DNA of 51,506 nucleotides from a virus: UHGV virus genome UHGV-0335272; one strand, 5' to 3'. Shown piece by piece: positions 19,941 to 28,194 of this stretch (position 1 is its first letter; each line of letters starts with the position of its first letter). The notes under the pieces were generated by a model. It saw only the letters and a program-made list of their open reading frames with translations, ran no database searches and was not told where the DNA came from. The position numbers and the translations under genes were made by a program.

Positions 19941-20265
19941 GGTGACCTCCTGTATGACGGTACTGCTGTACCACTTCCAGTTTGTTGTAGAGTGCGTCCA
20001 GCTTGGCCTCGATGACCGTCTGGCCACGGATGTAATCCTCGCGGCGGACGTAGTTCAGCGGTAAATCCGCCTTAAACCGCATAAATTCTTTTTCCAGCTC
20101 GCCCCAGTTGGAGGCGGACTGTTGCAGCGACTGCTCAAGGGAGGCGAACCGCGCCGCCTGACGCTCCTCCGCTTTACTGAAAAGCCACTTGGCCATACCG
20201 CCGACAAAGCTCATGAAGGTGATGAGAAAGCCCACCACCGTCCAGAATTCAACCTGCAACGTCAT
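19933..20265 (-). CDS. Small membrane protein (Mu gp25-like position)
   Basis: ORF trimmed to ATG preceded by GGAGGG; one hydrophobic helix (FWTVVGFLITFMSFVGG). Confidence 0.5.
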   Translation of the reverse strand: MTLQVEFWTVVGFLITFMSFVGGMAKWLFSKAEERQAARFASLEQSLQQSASNWGELEKEFMRFKADLPLNYVRREDYIRGQTVIEAKLDALYNKLEVVQQYRHTGGHHG

Positions 20266-20912
20266 TTCTGTAATCCCTCCCGTTCGTCCAGCAGCCCGTT
20301 TATCTGGCCGCGCCAGATGCGGCACTGCTTCGCGTTGTCGATGATGTTGGCGAGGACGTCACGCTGGGAGACGCCTGAGTCGCGTAGCCAGGCGTCAGCG
20401 GCTTCAGGTTGCCCGGACGCTGTGCCAGTGCCGGCGCCAGCGGCGGCAGTTGTGTCTGAATGGCCGCTGCCGACGGATGCGTTGTCATATCCGAGTGCGG
20501 CGTTGTACTGGCGCACGAAACCGCGAGTAAACACGCACTCAATGGGATGGCTCTTGCCTTTTTCATCAATCCAGCGCTGTGTGACATCGTTAATTTGCCC
20601 CTGTAGTTGTTTGTTCTGGCTCTCAAGTTGGGCTATTTGCTCAAGGTAGCCAGCCTCGGCCTGTTGCCCGGTGGCAACCTGCACCTGATAACGCTTTGCC
20701 CAGTCACGGAGCGCAGCGTTCTCAAGCGCCGTTTGTTCGGTTTTGTATGTATCAAATGCGGACTGCAGCTCGCTGAGCGCCTTATCGCCAGTGAGCTTCG
20801 CGCTATCATGCCCTGAGCTGTAACCCACCCAGTACACGCCGAGCAGGAAGGCATTGATGAGAATGACGAGCAAAATAGAGCGCCACGGCAATTGTTTAAT
20901 CAGGCTCCACAC
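20262..20912 (-). CDS. i-spanin (Rz-like)
   Basis: GTG start preceded by GGGGAGG; N-terminal TM helix (ILLVILINAFLLGVYW) then coiled-coil periplasmic domain; immediately downstream of endolysin. Confidence 0.7.
   Translation of the reverse strand: MWSLIKQLPWRSILLVILINAFLLGVYWVGYSSGHDSAKLTGDKALSELQSAFDTYKTEQTALENAALRDWAKRYQVQVATGQQAEAGYLEQIAQLESQNKQLQGQINDVTQRWIDEKGKSHPIECVFTRGFVRQYNAALGYDNASVGSGHSDTTAAAGAGTGTASGQPEAADAWLRDSGVSQRDVLANIIDNAKQCRIWRGQINGLLDEREGLQK
20300..20566 (-). CDS. o-spanin (Rz1-like lipoprotein), embedded in +1 frame of the i-spanin gene
   Basis: MKKARAIPLSACLLAVSC lipobox followed by Pro-rich sequence, fully embedded in the Rz-like gene. Confidence 0.6.
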   Translation of the reverse strand: MKKARAIPLSACLLAVSCASTTPHSDMTTHPSAAAIQTQLPPLAPALAQRPGNLKPLTPGYATQASPSVTSSPTSSTTRSSAASGAAR

Positions 20913-21636
20913 AGCTGCTGCCTCCCCATGTGAGATAGCGCGGTGCCAGCTCCCGCAGGATACGCTGCGGGTAGTGGCGGTTCTCACGCCAGCTGGCGGC
21001 GCTGCGCCCGGCATTGACCGTGGCGACATGACCAAACCAGCGGGCGCTGTCCAGCTCTTTCTGCGATGCCAGCCGTTTGTCACGCAGCACCCAGCCCAGA
21101 CCGCCGTTGTACCCCGACAGGGCCATGGCCATCCGCTCACAGTTGTTGGCGGCGCTTACTCGCTCCCATAGCCAGCGGTCATAGCTGACCAGCGCCCGGA
21201 TAGCCCATGCAGGATTGAACGGCTCGCGGCTCTTAAGCCCCGGCATTAGCTGGCTTATCCAGTCGGCAGTGGCGGGCATAAACTGCGCCAGTCCCTGAGC
21301 ACCAACCGGTGAGACTGCATCAGGTCGCCAGCCGCTTTCCTGATGTAGCTGCGCGGCAAAATCGGCCACCGGCGCAGACATCCCCCATTCAAGCCGGGCA
21401 TTACGGATCACATCATCGCGATACTGCAGTGCAGCCTGTGGCGGCTGGGCGGCATGAGCCTGACTAAAGAAACCACCACACCAGAGTAACCAGGCTAACG
21501 TTGCCGTTCCAAAGAGCTGCCACCAGAAGTTGTGTTTACCCGTGCGGGCCTGCCCGTGCCGTGCCAGTTCGATGCCCAGCACCAGCAGGGACAGCACGGC
21601 CCAGACAACCTGAGGCCAGTACATATAGGGGTTCAT
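20896..21636 (-). CDS. Endolysin, lytic transglycosylase (SLT) domain with N-terminal hydrophobic region
   Basis: 246 aa; N-terminal hydrophobic stretches (VVWAVLSLLVLGI, LAWLLWCGGFFSQAHA); C-terminal region consistent with SLT domain. Confidence 0.75.
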   Translation of the reverse strand: MNPYMYWPQVVWAVLSLLVLGIELARHGQARTGKHNFWWQLFGTATLAWLLWCGGFFSQAHAAQPPQAALQYRDDVIRNARLEWGMSAPVADFAAQLHQESGWRPDAVSPVGAQGLAQFMPATADWISQLMPGLKSREPFNPAWAIRALVSYDRWLWERVSAANNCERMAMALSGYNGGLGWVLRDKRLASQKELDSARWFGHVATVNAGRSAASWRENRHYPQRILRELAPRYLTWGGSSCVEPD

Positions 21637-21638
21637 CG

Positions 21639-21989
21639 TTAAAGCCCCGTCGCTACGGCCAGACAGACTGCGGCAACAATCAGCGCACGGCGGATCAACG
21701 CAGCGGAAAAGACCAGGTGAAGGCCAGTCTGGACGGGGAAGCGACCATCAGCCATCAGCCTGTCATCATGCTTCAGGTACTGACCGGGACGGGCTTTGGG
21801 GAACAGCGAACGGTCAAGCCAGTAACCCAGTACGGCAGCCAGCGTGATGAGTGACAGCTTGTAGACAACGACCGGTAACTGCTGGGGCGAGACAATACCG
21901 ATGGTGCCGAGCAGCAGCGCAGCGGTCAGCAGCCAGCCGCTGAGGCGGGGCTTTTTAACAGGGGGAATGAATTTTTTCAGGTTTTTCAT
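21639..21989 (-). CDS. Putative holin (3 predicted TM helices)
   Basis: 116-aa ORF with three hydrophobic helices, first gene of lysis cassette, AAGGAG RBS. Confidence 0.55.
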   Translation of the reverse strand: MKNLKKFIPPVKKPRLSGWLLTAALLLGTIGIVSPQQLPVVVYKLSLITLAAVLGYWLDRSLFPKARPGQYLKHDDRLMADGRFPVQTGLHLVFSAALIRRALIVAAVCLAVATGL

Positions 21990-22099
21990 GATGCGTCTCC
22001 TTGTAGTGTGGGAGACAGCATCACAAATGTGGCGGGATACGGATTTTAAAGCGCGTTATAAGTGTGGATAAGGAATCATCGGCCAGAATGGTACTAGCA

Positions 22100-22132
22100 C
22101 CATAAAGAAACTAACTGAAACGGCCGCTTCAG
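22100..22132 (-). terminator. Putative intrinsic terminator after the 2-TM protein gene
   Basis: Imperfect 9-bp inverted repeat (CTGAAGCGG/CCGTTTCAG on minus strand) followed by TTAGTTTCTTTAT; overlaps stop codon. Confidence 0.4.
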
Positions 22133-22677
22133 GCGTGCTTCATATCTTTAACTCTTCGCAGTTTGCCCGCCTGAAAGTCTAATACAGGAGAAAGCAGACG
22201 CTGCCAGAACCCTATGACGACCATCTGGTCAACAGGGTAGTCCATCGAAAGGATTTGCTCGTTATAGCAGATGCTGTCCAGAACACGAAGAACAGGCGGT
22301 TCATCCTTCTCAATAGATAAACGTTCAGATGTAATGGTCTGAACACTTTCTTTTGATACGTCAGACACCAGTATCATTTTCTGCTCCAGCTCAAAGAACT
22401 TGCGTGCAAAATCAAAATGAGCACGGGCACGCTGCGATGAGGCAACGACCAAATTGATCGCAGAAAAAGCAGTCACGATAGCCGCTGAAAGCACGGCTAA
22501 ATTCGTATTAGCCTGAGATAAAACACCATAGATAGCCGTTGAGCCAAAAATCAGAGACAACACATTCGTGGTCTGATCCAGCCGATCAAACCAAGCTCTG
22601 CGGCGGTTATGGTAACGAACGGAACGCCTTACATCGAACAGAAGGCCTTCCCACTCATGATCCAGATTTGTCTCCAC
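22129..22677 (-). CDS. 2-TM membrane protein of unknown function (SLATT-like topology; possible membrane effector)
   Basis: 182 aa, GTG start with AGGAG RBS; Arg-rich N-terminus, two adjacent TM helices, about 100-aa soluble C-terminal domain; AT-richer than flanking phage genes. Confidence 0.55.
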   Translation of the reverse strand: METNLDHEWEGLLFDVRRSVRYHNRRRAWFDRLDQTTNVLSLIFGSTAIYGVLSQANTNLAVLSAAIVTAFSAINLVVASSQRARAHFDFARKFFELEQKMILVSDVSKESVQTITSERLSIEKDEPPVLRVLDSICYNEQILSMDYPVDQMVVIGFWQRLLSPVLDFQAGKLRRVKDMKHA

Positions 22678-22852
22678 TGTTATCTCCTCTTCCTGGACGT
22701 ACAGGAGGTGAAAAAGTATTCGTCACAATATTACCCTTGCGCTCGCCATAATCCGCAGAATCATTATTGTAACTCTCGCGCGAAGGACGCGGGCGATTGT
22801 CAGACTCATTCTTCTGAGAACCAGGCTTGTGTGGATTATGTTTATCATTCAT
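22655..22852 (-). CDS. Small hydrophilic low-complexity protein (65 aa), upstream of and overlapping the 2-TM gene
   Basis: ATG with AAGGAAAG RBS; stop overlaps the GTG start region of the 2-TM gene by 23 nt. Confidence 0.35.
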   Translation of the reverse strand: MNDKHNPHKPGSQKNESDNRPRPSRESYNNDSADYGERKGNIVTNTFSPPVRPGRGDNSGDKSGS

Positions 22853-22950
22853 TCGTGACTTTCCTTTTCAAGGCAAATTACTAAACCAGTAAACAGCGTT
22901 AATAGTCGTAGGGTATCCCTAAACCTCATCCTGACTGTGAAAGAACGACC

Positions 22951-22974
22951 AGCCCGGTGCGGTAACACCGGGCT
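22951..22974. promoter_or_regulatory. Perfect 9-bp inverted repeat (AGCCCGGTG-CGGTAA-CACCGGGCT) in divergent intergenic region
   Basis: Seen directly between the small ORF/2-TM unit and the dam gene; no flanking T-run. Confidence 0.35.
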
Positions 22975-23081
22975 AGTCATCAACCCACAGGTATGCACTG
23001 TGAGCCGACCAGGGTTCAGTCAGTCTCGCGAGACCAGACTAGCCTGCCATATTTTCACTGATTGCAAAAGGCTTACGGATA

Positions 23082-23852
23082 ATGAAAGAACAATCTTTAC
23101 CCATCGTCCCCTGGATTGGGGGTAAACGTCGTCTGGCTAAACACATTCTGCCTCTGTTCCCGGCCCACACCTGCTACGTGGAGCCGTTCTGCGGCGCAGC
23201 GGCGCTCTATTTCCTCAAGACACCCAGCAAGACCGAAGTCATCAACGATATTAACGGCGAGCTGGTGAACCTCTATCGGGTGGTCAAGCACCATCTGGAA
23301 GAGTTTGTCCGTCAGTTCAAGTGGGCACTAGTCAGCCGCCAGATATTCAAATGGCTGCAGGACACGCCGGAAGAGACGCTCACCGACATTCAGCGGGCGG
23401 CCCGGTTCTACTACCTGCAGAAACAGGCGTTTGGCGGCAAGGTCGCCGATCACACATTCGGTACCTCTACAACCAGTGCGCCGCGCTTCAATCTGCTGCG
23501 TATTGAGGAGGAACTGTCTATGGCACATCTGCGCCTTTCCAGAACGTTGATAGAGCATCTGGACTGGCACCAGTGCATAGAGCGATATGATCGCCCCCAC
23601 ACGCTTTTCTACTGTGATCCGCCGTACTGGGGAACGGAAGGCTATGGTGTGGATTTTCCGATAGGTAACTATTTCCACATGGCGGAGCTGGCGCGGAGCA
23701 TCAAAGGTAAGATGATTATTTCGGTGAACGATATCCCGGAGATGCGGCAAGCATTCAATGGCCTGAATATTCAGACGGTCGATATCAGCTACAACCTGAA
23801 GGTCACCGGGAAAGCCTCACGGCGGAAAGAGCTGGTGATTTGCAATTTTTAA
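23082..23852 (+). CDS. DNA adenine methyltransferase, Dam-like
   Basis: 256 aa with DPPY catalytic motif (CDPPYWGTEGYG) and N-terminal FCGAAALYF SAM-binding region. Confidence 0.85.
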   Translation: MKEQSLPIVPWIGGKRRLAKHILPLFPAHTCYVEPFCGAAALYFLKTPSKTEVINDINGELVNLYRVVKHHLEEFVRQFKWALVSRQIFKWLQDTPEETLTDIQRAARFYYLQKQAFGGKVADHTFGTSTTSAPRFNLLRIEEELSMAHLRLSRTLIEHLDWHQCIERYDRPHTLFYCDPPYWGTEGYGVDFPIGNYFHMAELARSIKGKMIISVNDIPEMRQAFNGLNIQTVDISYNLKVTGKASRRKELVICNF

Positions 23853-23865
23853 CTGTTAGAACGGA

Positions 23866-23899
23866 CTGAGGCGGTGCCGTATCTACAGCACCACCTCAG
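23866..23899. terminator. Stem-loop between convergent dam and lipoprotein genes (possible bidirectional terminator)
   Basis: CTGAGGCGGTG...CACCACCTCAG inverted repeat with one mismatch. Confidence 0.3.
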
Positions 23900-23902
23900 T
23901 AG

Positions 23903-24430
23903 TTAATTCAGCCTCGGACACGTCCAAGAATCGCTATCAGGATTTGGTGAAAAAACCTTCAAGCACCCCTCTCGTGGGGCCTTGCCATCATCTGTCATAG
24001 GAACATTTTCCTTATCAAGTTTCACGATGAGGTCTCCTCCGGGAACATCGGTTTTATCGAGAAAAACAGCCTGGCAGGCTGATTTAGATATTTTCACTTC
24101 GTGGACATTATTTGATATGAACAAAAAACAATTATGGCCAGAGGCTATGTAGTCACTAGGAATATTATTCTCGTCTTTGATATGAAATTGAACGGTTGTC
24201 ACCGGGCGCTCGCGATCCTCGGATACTTCGAATTTTTCAAAGCTGCTCGCATACTTATCTAAACCGGGGAGCTGTTGACGAATAAAAGGTAATTCGCGCT
24301 TTACGACCGGGTTGTCAGTTTCAACGCTGAAAACCGAGTGCTCCTTAGCTGGGGTGGACGCATCAGCAGGATCGGCGTTATCTCCACACCCAGCCAAGGC
24401 AAATACCAACGTTAAAAACAATTTGCGCAT
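23903..24430 (-). CDS. Prophage lipoprotein, co-oriented downstream of the repressor gene
   Basis: MRKLFLTLVFALAGC signal peptide with lipobox; AAGGA RBS; AT-rich gene. Confidence 0.7.
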   Translation of the reverse strand: MRKLFLTLVFALAGCGDNADPADASTPAKEHSVFSVETDNPVVKRELPFIRQQLPGLDKYASSFEKFEVSEDRERPVTTVQFHIKDENNIPSDYIASGHNCFLFISNNVHEVKISKSACQAVFLDKTDVPGGDLIVKLDKENVPMTDDGKAPREGCLKVFSPNPDSDSWTCPRLN

Positions 24431-24463
24431 AGTCATATCCTTAATGTTCTTAATGGGAACAAA

Positions 24464-24874
24464 TTAGCCCACATTTTTTAAATTATTTAGCTGTGCGGAC
24501 AGCTCCTGAATCTGTTTTTCCATCTCAATCACACGCTGTTTTTCTTCAGCGCCTCGCATGAGGTCTCGTCGAACCTCAGGGTCTAACTGATTTAATAGTT
24601 CAAGCATTTTAAGATCCGCTTGACTGAAATTTTGAATGGCTGGTTCAACCTTCGATACCTCCTCCTCTCCCTTACCTGTGAGTAACCAGTCAAGAGAGAC
24701 ACCTCTCTCCTCAGCAATGTTTATGCAAATTGAATAAGGCACAGAATCTCGCTTTCTCCAACTGGCTAAAGTCTGTCTGTTAACGTTCAGCACCCGAGCC
24801 AACTCACTGTCGCTATCAACATTAAACAGTGACATGAGTCGCAGTAGCACTGCATCAACGGCCTTTTTATTCAT
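24464..24874 (-). CDS. Phage repressor (CI-like HTH protein)
   Basis: 136 aa; N-terminal HTH-like segment (ELARVLNVNRQTLASWRKRDSVPYS), C-terminal coiled coil; divergent from ner-like gene. Confidence 0.7.
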   Translation of the reverse strand: MNKKAVDAVLLRLMSLFNVDSDSELARVLNVNRQTLASWRKRDSVPYSICINIAEERGVSLDWLLTGKGEEEVSKVEPAIQNFSQADLKMLELLNQLDPEVRRDLMRGAEEKQRVIEMEKQIQELSAQLNNLKNVG

Positions 24875-24906
24875 TTCAAATAAATCTCACTTGAGTTATT
24901 CATTTT

Positions 24907-24924
24907 GAATAAGTACACTTATTC
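24907..24924. promoter_or_regulatory. Candidate operator palindrome between repressor and ner-like genes
   Basis: GAATAAGT-AC-ACTTATTC perfect 8-bp inverted repeat; nearby TTGAGT repeats. Confidence 0.4.
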
Positions 24925-24957
24925 ATATTGAGTACATCATAACCCAATAGGAACACG

Positions 24958-25188
24958 GTGCATATGAACAAACAGCAAGTTCGAGCACGACTGGTTGAAC
25001 GGGGCAGCAGCTTGCGCCAGTTCGCGCTTAACGCGGGCTATGAGCCACGAACAGTCACTCAAGCAGTAAGCCGCTGGGCTGGCAAAAATGAACTTCCTCG
25101 CGGACGACTGACGTATCGTATTCTGCGAGATTTGTCAGTCGTGATCGGCAAAGAAGTTACACCAGGCATTCTTCAGGAGGCGTCATGA
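24958..25188 (+). CDS. Ner-like DNA-binding protein
   Basis: 76 aa; SLRQFALNAGYEPRTVTQAVSRW resembles the Ner/Nlp HTH region; first early gene. Confidence 0.55.
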   Translation: MHMNKQQVRARLVERGSSLRQFALNAGYEPRTVTQAVSRWAGKNELPRGRLTYRILRDLSVVIGKEVTPGILQEAS

Positions 25189-25490
25189 GCAAAGCAAACG
25201 TATCCAGTTCTGGGTCTCGCATTCTGCGCGTTCTTAAAGCGCTGCGTGGCCACGCTCTGAATGGGGTTTCTAACGGTGAGCTGGCATCAGCTCTGGGTGA
25301 GTCACCAGCGAATATCAATCGGGCGCTCAATACCCTTATCGAAGAAGGATTGGCCCTGAAACTGGATAACGGGCGCTTTGCCCCAGGGGTACAGCTATTA
25401 CAAATCGCCATGGCGCACAGTACCGAGATGGCACGGGCGCAGGATCGTATCAATGAAATTAACCAGCGTGTTATGGCTGGCAGTCGCTAA
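25185..25490 (+). CDS. Putative winged-helix DNA-binding protein
   Basis: 101-aa ORF with HTH-like ELASALGESPANINRALNTLIEEGL. Confidence 0.45.
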   Translation: MSKANVSSSGSRILRVLKALRGHALNGVSNGELASALGESPANINRALNTLIEEGLALKLDNGRFAPGVQLLQIAMAHSTEMARAQDRINEINQRVMAGSR

Positions 25491-25499
25491 GGAGATGAA

Positions 25500-26411
25500 A
25501 TGGGACGTACAAAATTACAACCAGTTGAATTAGTGGAAGATGCGCCGCTGACCGATGGTCTCAGCGTCAATCTTAATGCTATGACTGAACACCGCCTCGA
25601 AATCATGCAGCAGTTCGGTGATGGTCTGCCGTATGAACGTGATCGTATCGTTCACGAAACACGGTTTTATATGGCTCAGAGTGCTGAAGCCATGCTGGAG
25701 GCGGGTAAGCGGCTGGTAATTCTCAAGGAGAATGAACCTCACGGCGATTTTATAAATATTCTCGAAAATGACCTCGGCCTTGAGCCGCGCGTCGCACGCC
25801 GCATGATGCAGGCCAGCGTGAAATTTTTGGGTAATGGCGATCAAAATTCAAAACGGACAGCGCTGACCGTTTTAGGTAAGACCAAGTTGTATGAACTGAT
25901 GGTTCTGGATGACGAAGAACTCGACGCATTGGCTGATGGTGGAACCGTCGCTGGGGCAACGCTTGATGATATTGATCGCATGACCAGCCGCGAACTGAAG
26001 GCAGCCCTACGTGAAGCGCGTGAAACCAACGCAGCACAACAGCGCGTACTGGCCGACAAAAACGAAAAAATCGACTCGCTTTCCACAAAACTGGAGAAGA
26101 AATCCCGTATCCAGCCGCCTAAGCCTGACGAAGAGGTGAAGAAGATGCGGGCAGAAGTGACGGCGTTAGCGGTTGAGGCGGAATCTGCCATCGCGGTTCG
26201 ACTGTCCAGCGCCTTTGAGACCCTGTGCGCATACTGCGCTGAAAACATGATTGATACCCCCAGAGACTTTATGGCCGGTCTGGTCTGCCAGTTGGAAAGC
26301 ACCGCGCGTAGCCTGCGCTCCACATTTGACCTGCCGGATGAGCCGACAGGTAACGCCGCCCCTTCATGGCTGACTGACCCGACGCCACAGATTAACGGGC
26401 AGGAGGCATAA
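25500..26411 (+). CDS. Hypothetical early protein
   Basis: 303-aa ORF upstream of transposase. Confidence 0.5.
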   Translation: MGRTKLQPVELVEDAPLTDGLSVNLNAMTEHRLEIMQQFGDGLPYERDRIVHETRFYMAQSAEAMLEAGKRLVILKENEPHGDFINILENDLGLEPRVARRMMQASVKFLGNGDQNSKRTALTVLGKTKLYELMVLDDEELDALADGGTVAGATLDDIDRMTSRELKAALREARETNAAQQRVLADKNEKIDSLSTKLEKKSRIQPPKPDEEVKKMRAEVTALAVEAESAIAVRLSSAFETLCAYCAENMIDTPRDFMAGLVCQLESTARSLRSTFDLPDEPTGNAAPSWLTDPTPQINGQEA

Positions 26412-26414
26412 CCG

Positions 26415-28184
26415 ATGAGTGCCGCCCTGACTGAACGACTGGTTTATGTTGCCCGCGCGGCACGTGACGCGGGGCATGGTAAGCGCGGTGCGATATATGA
26501 CACCGCGTGCGCTGAACTGGGTATGTCCCGCGCCACCCTGCTGCGCAAGCTGAAGGAGGTATCTGTGACAGACAAACGCAAGAAACGCGCCGATGCCGGG
26601 CGCAGCGCCCTGAGCCGCGACGAAGCCGCGCTGATATCTGCTACGCTGCGCGAGGCCACCCGTAAGAACGGTAAGCGCCTGTATTCCATCGCGGATGCGG
26701 TGGAGACCCTGCGGTCAAACGGTTTTATCACCGCTGGCAGAACGGACGAGACCACTGGCGAGTTTTTCCCGCTGTCCGAGGACACCATCAGCCGCGCCCT
26801 GCGTAACTATGGTCTTCACCCGGAACAGCTTGACGCCCCGGCCCCGTCGTCCGAGATGGCCAGCCTGCATCCCAATCATGTATGGGAGATTGATGCCTCA
26901 CTATGCACGCTTTACTACCTGAGCAACGGCCATAAAGGGCTGCAGGTGATGGACAGCGCGAAGTTCTACAAGAACAAGCCCGCCAACATCGCACGCATCG
27001 CCAGTGACCGCGTGTGGAGTTATGAGATCACCGACCATACCAGCGGCTGGATTTACGTTGAGTACGTGATGGGCGCGGAGTCCGGTGAGAACCTCTGCTC
27101 TGTTCTTATAAACGCCATGCAGGAGCGCGGCGGCGCGGACGTGCTGCACGGCGTGCCGAAAATACTCTACCTCGACCCCGGCTCGGCAAATACCGCTGGC
27201 ATGACGAAGAACATGTGCCGCTCGCTGGGCATCGACCTGATAGCGCACAAGCCGCATAACGCCCGCGCCACCGGGCAGGTGGAAAAAGCGCGTGACATTA
27301 TCGAGCGCAAGCTGGAACCGGGTCTGAAGTTCCAGCCGGTTCACAGTCTGGAAGAGCTGAATGCGCTGGCCGTGAAATGGCGCAGCCACTTTAACGCCAC
27401 GGCAGTCCACAGCCGCCACGGTAAAACCCGCACGGATATCTGGTTGAAGATTACTGCTGACCAGCTGAAAAAAGCGCCATCCGTTGAGGTTTGCCGCGAA
27501 CTGGCGGTGGCCGCACCGGAACTCCGTAAGGTCACGCCAAAACTGCGCGTCTCGTTCCGGGGCAATGAGTTTGACGTTTCGACGGTACCGGGCGTACTGG
27601 TCGGCGAAAAACTGATGATTACCCGTAACCCGTGGCGCAGCGATGTGGCGCAAGTGGTACTGACCGGCGAGGACGGCCACGAGACGTTCTTCCTGGTTGA
27701 GGAGGTCAGAAAGAACGAGTTCGGCTTTGCCGAGAGCGCAGCGGTATTTGGCGAAAGCTACAAAGCCCTGCCGGAGACCACGGCGCAGACGACGGCAAAA
27801 GAAATCGAAGAACTGGTCACCGGCACGGATAACGCCACCGATGCAGCTGCTGCACGCAAGGCGAAGGCGCTTCCGTTCGGCGGGCGACTTGACCCGTATA
27901 AACATATTGACGACACCACGCTTCCGGCCTATATGCCGAAGCGCGGACAGGCTTCAGACGTGCGCGGGCCGCGTATCGAGCAGCGGCCTCTGACCCATGT
28001 TGAAGCGGCAAAAGCCCTGCGCGAGAAGTTCAGCGCTAATGGCCATACCTGGACGCCGGAACATTACCGCCAGTTAGCGGCACAGTACCCTGATGGTGTA
28101 CCGGAAGCCGCGCTGGATGAGGTGATGGTCACCCTGACCACTCCGGCCCGCAGCAGCGTTATCAGCATCGTTAACGGCAACTGA
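26415..28184 (+). CDS. DDE transposase (MuA-like)
   Basis: 589 aa; HPNHVWEIDASL ... LYLDPGSANT ... typical rve/DDE core spacing; followed by B-type ATPase. Confidence 0.85.
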   Translation: MSAALTERLVYVARAARDAGHGKRGAIYDTACAELGMSRATLLRKLKEVSVTDKRKKRADAGRSALSRDEAALISATLREATRKNGKRLYSIADAVETLRSNGFITAGRTDETTGEFFPLSEDTISRALRNYGLHPEQLDAPAPSSEMASLHPNHVWEIDASLCTLYYLSNGHKGLQVMDSAKFYKNKPANIARIASDRVWSYEITDHTSGWIYVEYVMGAESGENLCSVLINAMQERGGADVLHGVPKILYLDPGSANTAGMTKNMCRSLGIDLIAHKPHNARATGQVEKARDIIERKLEPGLKFQPVHSLEELNALAVKWRSHFNATAVHSRHGKTRTDIWLKITADQLKKAPSVEVCRELAVAAPELRKVTPKLRVSFRGNEFDVSTVPGVLVGEKLMITRNPWRSDVAQVVLTGEDGHETFFLVEEVRKNEFGFAESAAVFGESYKALPETTAQTTAKEIEELVTGTDNATDAAAARKAKALPFGGRLDPYKHIDDTTLPAYMPKRGQASDVRGPRIEQRPLTHVEAAKALREKFSANGHTWTPEHYRQLAAQYPDGVPEAALDEVMVTLTTPARSSVISIVNGN

Positions 28185-28194
28185 GGAGGAAGAC

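Noticed and set aside
26901-27905. Minus-strand 334-aa ORF
   Set aside because: Antisense to the DDE transposase gene, which carries the recognisable catalytic motifs.
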